Shown: positions 1 to 13,455 of the stretch, piece after piece | Layout of the letters: every line of letters starts with the position of its first letter | Numbering within the stretch: the first letter of the stretch is position 1 | Assembly (NCBI GenBank): GCA_044892505.1 | Contig: CM097883.1 | Location: 250,604,001-250,668,000, forward strand | Direction: 5' to 3' | Source of the DNA: Schmidtea nova | Taxonomy: Eukaryota | DNA length: 64,000 bases | Made by a program: the position numbers and the translations under genes | Notes under the pieces: model-generated | Databases searched by the model: none | Seen by the model: only the letters and a program-made list of their open reading frames with translations | Told to the model about the DNA's origin: nothing

Positions 1-162
1 GTTGATTAATTACGCATACTCGGTTTACCCCATAATAGAGCTCAGCACATCTTTCGCTACGATGGTTAGGTTAGCATACACAGTGTAAATTTCGAAAGTT
101 GTCTTAATTCCTAATTTAAGAATTGTTGAAGAAAATTTAATTTTGTCCATAATGCTAGGTTT

Positions 163-1560
163 TTTGGTTGTACATTGGTAATTTCAATATATTATTGTTT
201 TCATATCTAGGGTCACGTCACAACACATAAATGTTCCCTGTGCGTATGACCATATATACGCATTGGTACTGTATACGACAGTCAAATGCAAGTCTGCAGA
301 TGAGCACCTGTGTTAGAACTACTCCCGACTTGTCATTCTGAACGGGTTCCTGCTGCCAATGAAAGGTCATACACGTCTAATTTCTTTCTACTTCCAAGGG
401 TCCTTTTAATTTATCAGTTATAAACTTTTTATATCTCACTTAAAATCTACACTTATTTATCCCAAAAATATCTAAATACCACCCCTTAATTTTCCCCTTC
501 CCTTGCCATTCTATACAATTCAATGAAACGATGGTACGGAGGAACCGATTATTCGATCCAAACACTTCTAACCGATCGGGGACTCGTGACTGGTGAGTCA
601 ATAGATTCCCTCCTAGAATAATTTTAACGGGAATCAAATTCAAACAGAGCAGAGAAAACAAACACGATTATATTTCAAAAATATTTATTAATCATATTAC
701 AAAATCGTACAAATTCAAATTAAATCAAAGAATAAAACATACTTGTAACAATCGTTTCCGCTTGAATCACTAAATACAATCAACTGGTGCTGGCTGGCAG
801 AAGGAATTCACAAACGTCTTTTCACAAAATAAAAATTAATGTTAAACTGTCTATCCGCACAATTTATGGTTAAAAGTGTTAAATTTATGATTTTTCATTG
901 TCTATTTATACTATTTTTTATACTTGGCATTGTGTTAATTGAAACAAGAATATTTAAAATTTATTTCATATATTTATTTTAATATTTTAATTATTTATTT
1001 TTATAAATTTATTTATTATCAGTAAATTTATTTTATTTATTTTTTAAATATTTATTTTTAATTCATTTAAACAATGTGTGTATTCACTTTTTGCGCGCGT
1101 TAATTGATTTATTAAAACAATAAAATTTAATTTCAATTCTATTTTCATTCCTATTTCTGTTATTTTAACGAGATTTTAATGGGGATTTATTCTATAATCT
1201 TTAATAAATTATTCTCTATTTTGATAACAATTTTATTCTTCAATTATACTTTTTATTAGCAATGATCTTCCCCATTCAATTCTTGCGCCGTCTTTCGTAT
1301 GTAAATTTGACCTGCACTCAAATTATGTGCTCTAATTTGAGATGCATCTTTTTATCGTTTCCTTCCTAACTCGACCTACTTATGAAATGCGGTTCGCATG
1401 CTTACTATTTATGTTTTAATATCCTATATACTTTCATGCTATTTTTCTGTTTAATACTTTTATGTACTAACATGCACTTTTAATTCTCCTCTTTTTTGTA
1501 TGTATTTAATTTTTGACGTATTAAAACAAAAATATAACTTCAACTTTTACCAACCCAACA
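163..1560 (-). mobile_element. U1: ~1.4-kb TG...CA element (solo-LTR-like or non-autonomous integrase-type element)
   Basis: Ends in CCCAACA at 1560 followed by gttt. The left end TTTGGT (TGTTGGT minus one G) is preceded by gttt at 159-162. Colinear with U2 (3784-4824 + 17756-17852 + 21002-21327). Confidence 0.7.
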
Positions 1561-1619
1561 GTTTTCAATAATAAAGTTACATATCTAATACTATTTCAAT
1601 AAAAGCAATAAGAAAACTA

Positions 1620-2200
1620 CTTATTCATTTAAAATTGTTCTCTTCTAAATCTACACTTTTTACAACTTTGGAGTCATTAATTCCATTCATGTAAAAGTAC
1701 TCGTTGCGGGAGGTAATGATTTCGTTTAAGGTATCTTCAATTTCAGTCTAATTCCTGAATTTTTCAATAGTTATATTAAAAATCTTTAGAGACAGGCTGG
1801 GTGGATATGGAGGGTGTGATAGGTTTTCGAACTTCAACTATTTTATTTTCAAAATATCATATTTATCACATAAAGATGTGTGCTATCATTCAATAAAATG
1901 ACAAACTTTCTATTCAATAAGCTAGGAAATGTTGTTATCAGTTTAAATGAATAATTTCAAGTTTTTCAGAGTAAAGTTGAGCATTAATGGCATCTCGGCA
2001 TCTGGCTTGAAATGGTTTGATATGAAAAATGAAGTGTTGCTGCTAGTTCTCACGCTGAAGTTATTGGTTCCTTTTCTACAGCAATCTTGATATCTTGGTC
2101 ATCAATTCGAGTTGTCCTATCGCGACTTTCAATGTTAATCACCTCCAGAAATATTAGGAACCAGAATCTCACTGTTTGTTAGTTAACATAAGCATCAAGA
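1620..2200 (-). pseudogene. Degenerate mariner transposase relic
   Basis: Minus-strand fragments IESRDRTTRIDDQDIKIAVEKEPITSA*ELAATLHFSYQTIS (mariner HTH region), LSHPPYPPSLS (HPPYSPDLAP motif) and YFYMNGIND; many stops and frameshifts. Confidence 0.6.
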
Positions 2201-3437
2201 AATGCAGAATTTATGTTCTTTGCAGTTGCATTATTAGGAATAACTGAGCTCACGATGTCTCGTCGTGTTTTGTCAAAGTTTATCTAAGTCCGAAAAATGT
2301 CACGTGATTAAGGTAAAATGTCGTTAGAACAAAGACATTTGTTACTATTGTTTAACTAAGATTGTTGTGAGCTCACAATGACTCGTCATTTTTCAGAAAT
2401 TTCTTTATATTATGAGAACCCCTTTCTCCCTTGACAAAGAACTTTTCAAAAATTTAAGTCCTTTTAACAAAGAAATATTTTTTACGGTGATCCCACTTAC
2501 CTACAGCTTGAACCAAAGGTTGTATAAACATATATTTAGTGTTTCGAAATCAGGAAAAATTCTAAGACTTTTATCTCAGAAATATTTTTTGTAAGTGCAT
2601 TCCGGTTGCCATAATTGGACTCTTAGCCTAAATATTGTTTTGGTGCAATTTTTTGTAAGTTTAAACAAAAAACAAAAACTTATATTTATATGAAATTATT
2701 TTAGAAATATTTTTATATGATATTGTTGTGTGCGTGTTAGTATTGTATTGCATTCGTATTACACTTGCATTGAATTTTTGATATTTCATTATTATTTTAT
2801 TAATTTTATTTTTTGAATTTGATGTGGGTCTATATGTGTGTTACTCATGTACAGGTATTTCATTTTTGTTATTTTATGATTATTTATTAATATTAATATT
2901 TGAACTTGATGTGGTTGTATGTATTCGTTACTCATTGCATTATTTTTATTATTAAATGGTGATACCAACCAAAAAATATTTATGAGCACCAACAGCGACA
3001 CTGATACCTGCTATACCATTAATTCATCCAATACCACCAATACCACAAATGATTCCAATAACAACAACATCTCCAATACCAAAAATATTCCAATACCACC
3101 AATGTTTCAAATGCCCCAAATGCTTCAAATTCTATAAAATCTCAAAGTCTTACTAATATCTTCATTTCTTCTAATGTTTCGGAAAATTATTTCATTCATA
3201 CGAATCTTCACCAAAATACTATAATCAGGAAAAATGATTATTCAATGAAACTTAATAGCATAATGCCGATATTAGACAGATATCCCATAAATGACATGGC
3301 ATATGCATAGAAAACTAAATCTGAAGCCCTCGATGAATTCATCAGGTCAACAGTCATCAAATAATTCTAAAATCGATAAATTCCCATCTACAAATCATTC
3401 AAAATACAACCAATATGAACCCAACAAGGAGGATGAC

Positions 3438-3530
3438 TCAAGTGTGTAAAGGCTGTACCGAAATATTGTGTACTTGTTTAAAGAAATTTTGATCTATAGT
3501 CTTACTATAATTGGAAATTATTGATACTAA
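3438..3530. repeat. Half copy of the foldback palindrome family P
   Basis: aaggctgtaccgaaatattgtgtacttgtttaaagaaattttgatctatagtctta matches the right arm of the palindromes at 21931-22109 and 36142-36291. Confidence 0.8.
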
Positions 3531-5424
3531 GACAAGGAATGTTATTTAAAATGCTGACGAATACATTATTTTGAAGGACTTATGTCGGATAATGATAAAG
3601 GTGATCAGTTTGAAAGATTTGATTTTATTCAGTTTTAAAAATATATTAAGGTGGTGGTTTCACCGTTGATTTTTTTTCTGAAGCATACCAAAGGTTGCGG
3701 TGGACGACAGTAATTACACCTAAAGGGAGGTCATTGCGATGTTTGATAATTTTGTTAACAACATTAAACAAATTCGATCATAGTGTTGGTATGGGTTGGA
3801 AAAAATTTTGTTTCTAGGGATTAGTGCAACATACATACCTTTATGAATATTGTTAATACTTCACCCAAACACCCATAGTTACTCCTTAGTAAATTATGTT
3901 GATATTGTACACGATGGCGAGAATCCAGAGAACAGATAAGCTTCATTGCCAAAATTACTCCTCGCTGTATTCTCTCTTTCGGGTCCCTTCTGATGATAGA
4001 ATAAGTTACGCATATATCAATTTAAACGATACTTTAAACTTATAAATTTTTATCTTCCTGTGATGTCATTTTATGATTCTACCCTATACGTTTATTTATT
4101 TCCCTAAAATTATCATAATAACAACCACAATATATCATTAATTCTCTTTCACCCCAGTCAATCTATATAATTTAAGTTTGATGATCCGGCCTCCCAATTG
4201 CACCTCTGCGAGAATGAATACCAGACACACCGAAGATCCACGACCTAATGGCCAACATGATCTTTGCACGAATTCAGTTTTTATCGGGAAAATTAACTGA
4301 ACAAAGCAAAACAAACAAATGTATGGTTAAACAAATATTTATTATTGATTACAAATAACATAAAACGCAATTACATATAAAGAATAATAGTTTCAACAAA
4401 CTTGATAGATACATAAAATAACAACATACTTGTTTCCGAGGTACCACAAAATTGAAAAGGAACAATACTGACTGGTGCTGGCTGGCAGAATTGAAATCCA
4501 TAAAAATCCCAGTTAATGTATCCTTCCGCAAAGGTAAGTAAAAATGTATTAACAGTAAGTTTACCGTTCAAAGTTATGATTTTTCAGCTTCTATTTATAC
4601 ATTTTTTGTGTGAAATCTACGCATTGTTAATTAAAACAAGAATATTTAAAATTTAATTCATATATTTATTCTAATATTTAAATTATTTATTTTAATAAAT
4701 GATTATTTATTTATTTTCCTTAAATTTAATTTTATAATTAATTTTAGTTTTTTCAAAATATTTATTTTTAATTCTATTAAATAATGGGTGTATATACTTT
4801 TTGCACGCATTAATTGATTGATTATGTCGGGCAAAAACTGCAAATTGTTTTAATAAAGCAGTAACCCATAAGTAGAGATCCCGCAAGATTCAATTTTAAC
4901 CCAAACATTCATTGAAAACCAAAGTGATTAAGAGAAAAACGTCAAAAAGGTGAAGTGGACTCAAGCACAGTAACCAGTAGAGTACGCGCTAGCTGTGAAT
5001 TTGCAAGTTCCTTCACTGAAATCTCGAGAAAAATTAAATATTATCCAAAGAAGAACGTTTGAAGGTTTGATTAAGCGGAAAACCCATTGAAAATGGTCAC
5101 AAAAAACAGAATTTTGTCGTAAACCTTCAGTGCAGAAAAATTAACACAATTTTAGAAGAAAATTGTGATTTTATCACAAAATTTCACATTTAACAATAGA
5201 AAGAACTAATATTGATCGAAATATCGTAAATTAAATCAAATCGAACAAATTTCGATTCAAAAATAAAAATTTTGAATTAAAATAAATTATTTGTGGTTTA
5301 TAAAAAATTATTACACAAAAATATGTATTTAATTTTCGGAAAATCATTAGAATTAATTTAGAAAAAATTAAAAAGAAAATTCTAGAACAATTTGTTTTAT
5401 TGCACTAGTGAAGATAGCGCAAAA

Positions 5425-5460
5425 TCGATGGTATATATACCGCCATCAAAATGGCAATAA
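5425..5460 (+). promoter_or_regulatory. Palindromic TATA (GGTATATATACC) next to YY1-like CGCCAT/AAAATGGC motifs in W
   Basis: Motif conserved in W2 at ~10010-10050 (reverse orientation). Confidence 0.5.
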
Positions 5461-6194
5461 TAAGAATTTGTAAGATTTTTCGTGAAAATTTAGAATTTGT
5501 GAAAATTATCAGATTTTTTAAGAATTTGTTATTGTCATTAAGAAAAATTTTGTTGAAAGAATATTTCCCGAGAATTTGTTAATGAATTTTCGTGAAGAAA
5601 ATCCTTTGAAGCGGAACTCTGAAATTCTAAGAAGGGATTAAAGGAAGAAGGAGATAAAATCGAGAACCCGATACAAAGATTTTTGCGCGAATTCGAAGAT
5701 TTTATCCGGAATATAAGGAGTAATTTTGTTTTATTATTTTTATTGGGGTTTGGGATCGTCGCTCATCATGCCTGACGATCATCCCATTCCTCGCACTTTG
5801 TTAATTAATATGCTATTTATTATTTTATTTTTATTGATTATGCATTTTTATTATGATATTATTAAAATATTTAATGTTATCAACTCAGTTTTTCAAATTT
5901 TCTTATTACTATTATTATTATGAATCATAAATTCCCAACATAATTAAAAGATTCTCTTTGCAAGCAGTTAACTAAATAAAATTATGAAAAATAAAGAATT
6001 TTTTTTCCTCCCATATCTTCTGACGATCCGTCCAGCCTTGCGTTGTGCGGATTTGTAAGTAGCCTGGGTGGATCATTGTCTGATTGGTAATCGGCCAGCC
6101 CATTTTTCCACTTTAAGGTGAGGCTCATACATCCATAATCACGTCATCCCAACTAAGGAATCGTGGTATGGCTAAGAGCAAGGATTTGTTATAT

Positions 6195-9100
6195 TGGTGG
6201 GTTGTTGATCGTCAATATGACCTTGACGTTTCTATGGCTCTCATCAACAACTCAACACATAAAACATTGAAATAACCATCTTGTTACCCGTCACTATGTT
6301 ACGTTGGTACTGTAACAAGTGGGTGGGTATTCGCAATCAGTGAGCGTCGTCAATACGAAACTATGATTGACCGAATATCTCCTGGGTCCAAGGGCTACCG
6401 ATAGAAGGTTTATTGCCCATTTTGTCCCATCTTACATGATTTAACTACAAATATCTATCTCAAAAATGAAATAATTTCACCGATAAAATCTTAATAATTT
6501 ATCTCAAATCAATACTTTCACACAGTTTTATCTAAATTCACAGGAATTTTCGCACTTTTATTCTATTTGCAAGCATGCATTCGAAGATGTTATCGCAACT
6601 CAATTGGGTGATCAATTATTCCTGCATATATTTGGGAATATACAAATTACCCTTATTTAGACCCAAATTTTTTTTTATTCTCGCGATTTTCTTAAATTAT
6701 TATGTCTTTTATATTTAAAATTCATGTAAACTCTATTTATATTCAAATCCTATTGTCTATCTTACTCTAAATTTATAATATAATTTTTATTAACATTTTA
6801 GCGATTTATACTTTAAATTTTTACCGCGGCCGTGACAACGGGTTTGATTCATTAAAACATTTCCATTTATAATTAATAGTCACATTGTTAAATATGGATT
6901 ACATTAGGAATTTTATTTGGTAAATCCCCCTTTTATTCTGTTCCAGGCAAATTTCACTTGGATTTTTGATCAAAAGGATGAAATCTACATGATCAAACTT
7001 TTCCATGCTAAAAATTTTGTTATAATGCATCAATTGATTTTACTTTCAATGACATTATTTCAAAGTTTCGTCAGCCAAATTCCCCAATTTCTCAAGTAAA
7101 ATTCTTTTACTAATTTTAGCTTAAAATGATTTTCCTTGTAGTATCATTTAATTCAAAACAAAAGCTATTCAATCTGGCATAATTGCTGGAATCCCTATTC
7201 AAATGCCTCGGCTACTCTGTTAGAATATTTTGAATATTCTCGTAATGAACCCATCCACCCAGTTTTCCGTGGACAAGTTTATAGATTTAAGAACTTTTGA
7301 TATTGTTATTTCTATTTTATGTGATGTTCAATAAAAGTTTTCCTGGTTTGATTTTAATTAGTTTATTGATTTTGTTTAGGGATAGGATGATGGCTAACGT
7401 CAGTAAAACTTCTTTTACGATGAAATTTTCCGATTAGGTTTTGATTAAATAAAATTAGTAATTATCCCTTTTCCCAGTTTTTAAAAAATAAAAATATATG
7501 TTCTGTTTCTATTACTTTATGGATAAAAAAAAATTTTCTGAATGTATTTTGTTATCATAAGGTATGTTTAACGAGTGAGGTGGGCTGATCTGTAGAGATA
7601 TGTGAGAAATCCAACTCTCAGGGGGGTGAAATTAATATAAATGCGGATTGTTGGCTAACATACATCGGGTGGGGTTTATGAATCGGCGTACTGTACCCTA
7701 TAAGGAAACTCTATATAGGATGTTGTAGTTTGCTGTGGTTTGGTGAGACGAGATGTAGTGATTGTAGGCTGGTGTGCATATGGTATAGAAATAATATGGT
7801 AATATATTGAAGTAGATATCCTATTGTTGTAGATGTATGTATTTGTATGTCGTTGTGGTTGAATGAGACGAAGTACAATGACTGTGTGTTATATTGTTTC
7901 TGTTATGTTTGCGTGTGATGTGTGGATATATGAAGGGAACAATTGAGTGCTTGTGAGTGTGGTTAGACGTACGATGCTAACTAACATGTCTGGGTGGAAT
8001 TTTCGGTATGATTTGCTTGTGTGTATATGATTGTTGAATGTTATTGAATGATACTGTGTATGTGTGTATATTGTATTTTATATGTATTGTTGCTGTATTA
8101 TCAGTATGGGTGATGCTATTGAATGAAATGGATGTAATTTTTTGCAATTAGAGATGCATCATGATTTTGAGATATCGTGGGGGTAGTTATAATATACTAT
8201 ATATAAATTATATAAAATATTTTTAGCTTTAAAATAATAATAATACTTTTTAAGTTAAAATACTAATAATAATTTTATAATACTTTTTGCAAATCTCACT
8301 TTATAATTTTCATGAAAATTAAATAACGATAAAATTTATAATTTTTATAATGTAGATTTTTGAATTTAAATTTTTATATTTTAAGAATAGATATATTAAT
8401 CATAAAATTTTTCTATAAAATTTTCGAATTCAGATTTTTACAAAATGATAAAAATTATTAATATAATAATAAAATTTCGATCTATAATTTTTATGGGGTT
8501 CGATATAACTTTTGATTTACAATTTTCTGGGATTTTATAAAATGATCAAATCTTTTATATAATAACAGTATTAGGAAAATTTTTGGTTTACAATTTTTCC
8601 ATGATAAAATCTTTGCAGCATATTAAAAAGCAAATCTTTATTCTTGATCAAAATGAAATAATAATAAATTTTTATCCATAAATTTCGAAATCCAAATAAG
8701 CATTCAACCTAAAAAGTTTTATACGCTGAATAAAAAAAAATAAAAATAACATAAGTTATAAATTCTTCAAAGAATATTTTTCGATATCGAGCAAAATGAA
8801 TTTCGGTTTTGTTGAGCATGAATTTCCCAATTAAAGTGCACGCGAATTTTTCGGGACGCTTCACTTAGGAATTTCAAGCTCTCGAAAACGAGGTTCACTG
8901 GAGAAACTTATTTAGACAATAATGAGTTTAATTCAGATCCAATCAATACTTGTTTCACAATTCGTTTCATTTCATGATCATTATACTAGCTTTGAGCATT
9001 ATTTCGAACAATTTTCTTTTCGACATTAGCTTCCGTTTTTCTTGCGTTTTTCGCATAAGATGATCGTTGTTGAGAGTGTGAAGGTGAAGGTGAGTACGAG

Positions 9101-10628
9101 TCGATTTTATTCAATAATATTTCCTATTTTAGATTTCAAGACATGAATTAGAAAATGTTTTGTTATATTACGAAATTTCTTATGTAAAATAATAAAAATA
9201 TGCTACTCTATTATAATAAAGATCATTAGTATAACAAATCCTTGCTCTTGGCCATACCACGATTCCCCAGTTGGGATGACGTGATTATGGATGTATGAGC
9301 CTCACCTTAAAGTGGAAATATGGGCTGGCCGATTACCAATCAGACAACGATCTACCCAGGCTACTAACAGATCCGCACAACGCAAGGCTGAATGAATCGT
9401 CAAAAGATATGGGAGGAAAAAAAATTTTATTTTTCATAATTTTATTCAAATAACTACTTGCATGGTATTTTAAGTATTTTGGGAATTTGTGAATATCAAG
9501 AAAATTCAAGATTAAACTGAATAAAAAATGAATTTAATATTTAAATAATACCATAACAACATATTAACATTAAATAAAATAAAATAATAGATGCATTATG
9601 AACTAATAAAGCGCGAGGAATGGGATGATCGACAGGCATGATTACCGACGATCCCATACCCCTCGAACAAGTTTAAAGAGAAAATAAAATAGAAATAAAA
9701 TAACCCTTACATTCCTGTATTCTCAATTTAATTTCTGCTCCAAAGGACTTTCTCCACGAAATAAATTAACAATTTAATTTCTGCCCAATGCTAAATTCTT
9801 TTAGAAAATTTTCAATAAGTTCTCCGGAAAGTTTTTCAGAAAAATTCTCAATAAAATTCGGCTGAAAATTTAAATTCTCCCGGAAAGTTCTTCAAATCCT
9901 TTTGGAAAAAATTTTTTTTAACAAGTTCTTCAACAACTTCTCTTAGAAAAATTTTAACAAACTAAATTCGATTAAAATAAAAATTTTTGTTACCACAAAT
10001 TCTGATTATTGCCATTTTGATGGCGGTATATATACCGTCGATTTTTCGCTATCTTCACTAGTGCAATAAAACAAATTGTTCTAGAATTTTCTCTTAATTT
10101 TTTCTAAATTAATTCTAATGATTTTCCGAAAATTAATTCCATATTTTTGTATAATAATTTTTTATAGACCATAAATAATTTATTTTAATTCAAAATTTTT
10201 ATGTTTGAATCGAAATTTGTTCGATTTGATTTAATTTATGATATTTCGATCAATGTTAATTCTTTCTATTGTTGAATGTGAAATTCTGTGATAAAATCAC
10301 AATTTTCTTCTAAAATTTTGTTAATTTTTCTGTACTGAAGGTTTATGACAAAATTCTGTTCTTTATGGGCATTTTCAATGGGGTTTCCGCCTATTCTAAC
10401 TTTCACGCTTTCTTCTTTTAATTTTTCCCGAGATTTCAGTGAAAAGACTTACAAATTCGCAGCTAGCGCGTACTCTACCAGTTGATGTGTTTTGATTCCA
10501 CTTCAACTTTTGGTGTTTTCCACTTAATTGTTGATTTTTAATGGATGCTAGGGTTAAAAATGGAATCTTGCGCGTTCTCTACCTATGGGGTTATCGCTGT
10601 ATTAAAAAAATTGCGTTTTAGCCCAACA
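6195..10628 (-). mobile_element. W2: 4.43-kb W-family copy inserted in reverse orientation into W1
   Basis: atat|TGGTGGG at 6191-6201 and CCCAACA|atat at 10622-10632. 9233-10628 is the reverse complement of 4825-6190, ~7950-9230 of ~10633-11980, and 6195-6430 of 14130-14245 + 17635-17751. Confidence 0.9.
8756..9036 (-). pseudogene. Disabled copy of W orfA
   Basis: Aligns to 10825-11108, with ATG>ACG, TGG>TAG and 1-nt indels. Confidence 0.75.
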
Positions 10629-10824
10629 ATATTAATGATCTTTATTATAATATAGTAGAATATTCATACTACTTTACATAAGCAATTCGTAATATAACAT
10701 AAATTCATCCAGCTCATGTCTTGAGATCTAAAATAGGCACTATATTACTGAATAAAATTGACCCGCACTCACCTTCGCCTTCACCCTCACAACAACTGTC
10801 ATTTTATCCGAAAACGCAAGTAAA

Positions 10825-11108
10825 ATGGAAGCTAATATTGAAAAGAGAATCGTTCGAAATAATGCTCAAAGCTGGTATAATGATCACGAAATGAAGCGAA
10901 TTGTGAAGACAAGTATTGATTGATCTAAATTAAACCTCATTTATTGTCTAAATAATTTTCTCCAGTGAACCTTGCTTTCGGGAGCCTGAAGTTTTTAAGT
11001 GAAGCTTCTCGAAAAAATCGCGCGCACTTTAGTTGGGAAATTCATGCTCGAACGAAACCGAAGTTCACTTTACTCGATGTCGAAAAATATTCTTTGAAGA
11101 ATTTATAA
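10825..11108 (+). CDS. W orfA: two-exon gene (10825-10912, 10966-11108), ~76 aa, unknown function
   Basis: MEANIEKRIVRNNAQSWYNDHEMKRIVKT/MNLAFGSLKFLSEASRKNRAHFSWEIHARTKPKFTLLDVEKYSLKNL. The 53-nt GT..AG intron carries several small indels versus W2. Exon differences are enriched for synonymous changes. Confidence 0.7.
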
Positions 11109-11669
11109 CTTATTTTATTTTTAATTTTTTTATCTCGGTATATAAAACTTTTTAGATTGAATTCTTATTTGGATTACAAAATTTGTTGATAAAAATTTAT
11201 TATTGTGTGGATTTCGTTTTGATCAAAATTAAAAATTTACTTTTATTATACTACGAAAGATTTTTAATGTAAAAATTGTAAACCAAATATTTTCCAAAGG
11301 ATTTGTAAATCCAAAATTATATCGAACCCCGTAAAAATTGCCAATCGAAAGTATTGTTATTATATAAAAGATTTTGTCATTTTATAAAATTTCTAAAAGT
11401 TTGTAAATCAGAAATTATATCGAAACCCATAAGTTTATAAATCGGAAATATTATTATTATATTAAAATTTTTGTCATTTTATAAAATTCCAAATCCAAAA
11501 TTTCATAGGAAAATTTTTACGATTAATATATATATTCTTAAATTATAAAAATTCGAATCTGAAAATGTATATTATAAAAATTTAGAAATTTTCTTATTTT
11601 CATAAAATTATAAATTTAAAAATTTATAAAAATCATTATAAAATTATTAGTATTATTTTAATTTGGAAA

Positions 11670-11675
<6 letters not shown>

Positions 11676-11731
<56 letters not shown>

Positions 11732-11740
11732 ATTATATAT
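11676..11740. repeat. (AT)n microsatellite inside W1
   Basis: Direct reading of the sequence. Confidence 0.95.
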
Positions 11741-12417
11741 TATTATTATCGAAACCCCCTCGATATCTCAAAATCATAAGGCATCCCTATTTGCAAAAAT
11801 TTACATCCATTCCATTCAATAGCATCACCCATACTGATAATACAGCAACATACAGATAAAATACAATATACACACATACACAGTATCATTCAATAGCATT
11901 CAACAATTATATACAAACAGGCAAACCATACAGAAAATCTACACAGTTATGTTAGTTAGCATCAAATCTCGCATATACAATCACATATTGATACATGCAA
12001 ACTTTTACATTCAAATTATCATATTAAGTCCCATCCATCCATTCGTAAAGTACAAAAATTTCATAAGTCAGTAATATATATCAACCAAGTACAATTATCA
12101 TGCACCGGTAAAACCTTAAGATTCCGATTACCCGAAAATATAATCCTCATTCATAATAAAGAAGAATCTAATGTTCTCTAAAAGTTTTATCTCTTATCGT
12201 TGATTTGAAATCGTTTTCCCGGACTGGATCGATGAAATTTCAAATCTCCGATCATAAAATTTTTTTTTTAATTTTTGTATAAAATTTCGATATTATGAAG
12301 AAAATAAATAAATTGAAGTAAGATTCCTAAGTTTTTAATTTTTTATTATTAATTATATCATGGAAATCGTAATCAAAAATTTAAGAGAAAATTCATAAAA
12401 TTTTTATTTTTACTTAC

Positions 12418-12836
12418 AACATGACAAATAATCACAAGTGTCTCCAATTCCAAATAACTATTTGTGGAAATAGTTCAGATATCGTGGCAACATTTCTTCT
12501 GAAAATTTCAATTGTCGGGGCGAGTTCCACGAGAGAATCAATAAATTCTGAAGTTATAATGTAAAAGATTGAATAATTTAATCTTATCCCACTTACGATT
12601 TCACTTGTCGAACGGCGATACCGATAGCTTCTTTGAATGGCTGGCATCTGAAACTAGTATCTAAATTAGGAATGAAATATCATAAAGGAGTAAATACAAA
12701 TCAACTTACCGCTAAATCCAGTTGAGATCAGGGGGAATCCTATTCTAAAAATAGAAAAATAATCAATAATTATAATATGCAAAATCAAATTCGTATACTA
12801 TAAATTAACCAATAGGAATCCACCAATTTTGCTTAC
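12418..12836 (-). other. Possible multi-exon antisense transcript in the W1-specific cargo
   Basis: Minus-strand GTAAG donors at 12836, 12709, 12596 and 12417, with TAG/CAG acceptors at 12745, 12661 and 12548 (introns of 92, 49 and 49 nt). No clean joined ORF found. Confidence 0.35.
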
Positions 12837-13455
12837 TCGTTTATATAGTTTTCTTCTTTCACAGGGGAACAGCGTTGTTTTCAGGGGTATCCGGATCCGA
12901 TTTGGATTTTCTAAAATGAAATTTAATTTGAAATCTGAAAATATGGAAAATATTTAGAATTAATAGATAATAATTAAATTAATTTTACTCAATATTTAGG
13001 TAGCTTATATTGATACCGTTGCCAATGCCTCGGTGAAAATTTAAATATAAATTTATTAAAACTTTAAAAATAAAATTCATAAAATTTCCATCAGAATAGC
13101 AAGTTAGACACTAGGTATAGGGGATTAAAAATCTTAGCTCGAATTTTTAGTGAAAGAAAAGGGCTAAGAAAAAATCGAAATTCTGAAGTAAATAAGCATT
13201 TGGACATAGATAAGAAAGAGCTAATACGTGATGATAAAAGATTCTTTCGTTTCGATTCCCGAATTGAGGCTTGATAGGCATACCCATGGAAAACTCGCGA
13301 TCGAATATGTGAGAGCTCCTTAAAGTATTGTAATAACAAATGAACTAATTAAATCTTAGTGTATGATGATAAATGTTGTAATTATTGTGCATTAATCATT
13401 ATCGATATGTATTAAAATACTTGAATACTTTTAGCAATGAACCCAATGCAACAGC

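Noticed and set aside
2792-3420. Low-complexity ORFs and a hydrophobic minus-strand fragment
   Set aside because: Compositionally biased, multiple stops, no recognisable motif.
9250-9261. GGCCATACCACG resembles the 5' end of 5S rRNA
   Set aside because: Only 12 nt match; no 5S internal A/C boxes or fold follow.
7950-11980. Apparent foldback element with 1.3-kb TIRs
   Set aside because: Explained by W2 inserted in reverse into W1, with an atat TSD at 6191 and 10629.
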